From positions 17,665 through 81,664 of the forward strand of contig CAJQSG010000006.1 in NCBI GenBank assembly GCA_905612525.1: a stretch of DNA of 64,000 nucleotides. Direction: 5' to 3'. Origin of the DNA: an uncultured Candidatus Pelagibacter sp. (GTDB lineage Bacteria; Pseudomonadota; Alphaproteobacteria; Pelagibacterales; Pelagibacteraceae). Under the pieces are notes generated by a model. The model saw only the letters and a program-made list of their open reading frames with translations, was not told the origin of the DNA and did not search any database. Each line of letters begins with the position of its first letter. Position 1 is the stretch's first letter. Shown in pieces: positions 62,338 to 64,000 of this stretch. Both the position numbers and the translations under genes were made by a program.

Positions 62338-63483
62338 TTAATTAAACTTTGTAACTATTTTAGGTATATGACTTTTAAAATTAAAAAAACCTTTATTACA
62401 AAATTGCCAAGAAAACTGATCTATTTCTCGATAAATGAATTCTATATTCTTTAATTGGTTAAGCCGCAGGTAGTCTAAATTTTCTCCTACAGTTGGATAA
62501 AGTGCATAGATTGGTTCTTTGATATTTTTAAGTTCATCAATTTTAATTACTTCTGCTGTAATTGATTTTTCTTTAAGCCTATTAGATTGGTCATTAATTA
62601 AAAGGGTTTTAAAATTTAATACATTTTCACTTAATTGAACCTGTCGTGTTTCATTTGTATTTGAAATTATTAAGATCTTTTTAAAGTTGTGACCCTTAAA
62701 ATTAGTGAACTCCATTGAAAGATTGTTATCAAACACTAATAACACCTTGTCTTCTAATAAATGAGGGTTAGTAAAACTTTTTTCTGTAATTGAGTATATT
62801 TTTTCAGCAATTTTTGGAGCAGCTTCTTCATTTATCTTAATATTTTGAAATCGATTATTAGTAAATTTTCTTATATTCCATTCTGTAGCTAAATAATTTT
62901 TCCCCTGTGTTTGAACACCAGCAACCCACCTCCAGCCCAAAGTATTAGATGCAGCATCCCCATCAAATAAATGCTTCATAAAAAATTCAGCACCTAGTTG
63001 CCAGGGTAAATTTAATGTAAAAATCCAAATACTAGCAAACCACATCCGTGTATGATTATGAAGGTAGTTAAATTTTTGAAGTTCATTTACCCATTCATTA
63101 AAACATTCAATATTTGTTTTACCCTCTATAGCATCTAGGTAATCCTTATTATTTTTAAAGTTTTCCTTAATATCTCTTAATTCTCTCAAGTAGTCTGTCC
63201 ACACGTTTGGCCTTAATTCAAGCCAACCTTTCCAATAAACTCTCCATAGTACTTCCTGAATAAACTTCTCATTTTTTACAAATGAAAATCTTTTTAATGA
63301 TTTATTAATAATCTCTACCTCATCAATTAAACCATGAGTTACATAGGGTGATAAGCAAGAAGTATTATCTCTTTTTTGAGGACCAAAATCAAAATTTCTT
63401 AATTTAGAATATTCTAAAAGATTATTTTCAATAAATTGATTTAATTCCTCAACAGCCTCGGCTCTTGAACCTTTAAATTTCAT
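62338..63483 (-). CDS. Short DNA photolyase with N-terminal FAD-binding domain (NewPHL/short-photolyase-like architecture)
   Basis: TSCLSPYVTHG, KFIQEVLWRVYW, YLHNHTRMWFASIW, DGDAASNTLGWRWVAG all within the first ~200 aa; no N-terminal antenna domain. Confidence 0.88.
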   Translation of the reverse strand: MKFKGSRAEAVEELNQFIENNLLEYSKLRNFDFGPQKRDNTSCLSPYVTHGLIDEVEIINKSLKRFSFVKNEKFIQEVLWRVYWKGWLELRPNVWTDYLRELRDIKENFKNNKDYLDAIEGKTNIECFNEWVNELQKFNYLHNHTRMWFASIWIFTLNLPWQLGAEFFMKHLFDGDAASNTLGWRWVAGVQTQGKNYLATEWNIRKFTNNRFQNIKINEEAAPKIAEKIYSITEKSFTNPHLLEDKVLLVFDNNLSMEFTNFKGHNFKKILIISNTNETRQVQLSENVLNFKTLLINDQSNRLKEKSITAEVIKIDELKNIKEPIYALYPTVGENLDYLRLNQLKNIEFIYREIDQFSWQFCNKGFFNFKSHIPKIVTKFN

Positions 63484-63489
63484 ATTAAA

Positions 63490-64000
63490 TTATCTTAATT
63501 GTTTTTTATGAAAGTTAATAAATTTTTCTACATTTGATTTATTAAAAGTTTTATTTTCTTCAAAAGAAACTTTCTTCATAGAATAGGCAGTACTTTTTGT
63601 TTGTCTGGACATTATAGTAATATTTCCCTTGTATAATTTAAGTTTGACAGAACCGTTTACTTTGTTCTTTTTAAGATCCACAATCTTTTGAAGTTTAAAC
63701 CTTGCTTTTGAGAACCAGTAACCATTGTAAATAAGTTCAGCATATTTTGGCATAATTTCATCTTTTTTATGCATGGTTTCTTTATCTAAAGTAACTGATT
63801 CAATAGCTCTATGTGCTGACATTAGCAATGTCCCACCTGGTGTTTCATAAACACCTCTTGATTTAATCCCAATAAATCTATTTTCAACTAAATCAACTCT
63901 ACCTATCCCATTTTTACCAGCAACCTCATTAAGTTTTTCCAATAAGTTTCCAGGTGATAAATTTTTACCATTTACAGTTATTGGATCTCCATTTTTAAAT
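63490..64000 (-). CDS. argG: Argininosuccinate synthase, 5'-truncated by window edge
   Basis: GIGRVDLVENRFIGIKSRGVYETPGGT, LIYNGYWF, KLYKGN; frame stays open to the window end. Confidence 0.97.
   Translation of the reverse strand, partial: FKNGDPITVNGKNLSPGNLLEKLNEVAGKNGIGRVDLVENRFIGIKSRGVYETPGGTLLMSAHRAIESVTLDKETMHKKDEIMPKYAELIYNGYWFSKARFKLQKIVDLKKNKVNGSVKLKLYKGNITIMSRQTKSTAYSMKKVSFEENKTFNKSNVEKFINFHKKQLR

Noticed and set aside
63490-63942. argG as a 150-aa truncated gene or pseudogene (and dnaK as 439 aa)
   Set aside because: Both frames stay open to the window edge; the truncation is an artefact of the window

Overview
Strongly AT-rich, very gene-dense bacterial chromosome segment with near-zero intergenic spacing. 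Gene content and order point to a streamlined marine alphaproteobacterium, most likely Pelagibacterales/SAR11 (inference from protein families and synteny, no database search run). The window spans the replication-origin region: parB-parA-rsmG-mnmG-mnmE-rho-hemG-hemH-hemE, a putative oriC at about 24.5-24.8 kb, then the PPDK regulator-maf-aroE-coaE-dnaQ block, with a perfect parS inside rsmG. Most of the rest is core housekeeping (dnaKJ, leuS-lptE-holA, hslUV, his genes, ftsK-lolA, tRNA-Gly, purH, actP-acs, tsaD, hemCD, folD, argG). No CRISPR array, prophage, integrase, IS element or rRNA was seen. The points most worth a second look are: (1) a light/UV-repair neighbourhood at 56.3-63.5 kb with an Fe-S-free (6-4)-type photolyase, an inverted-domain short photolyase, a Tyr-less SDR and a 40-aa DUF2256 zinc-ribbon gene missed by the ORF track; (2) an atypical hemH plus flavodoxin-type hemG where alphaproteobacteria usually have hemH-hemJ, which with the photolyase suggests iron-sparing substitutions; (3) a candidate anti-SD RNA switch or operator in the actP leader; (4) sequence evidence for leaderless transcription, including two divergent genes whose start codons overlap in one 9-bp palindrome. 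No wholly new system can be proven from sequence alone.
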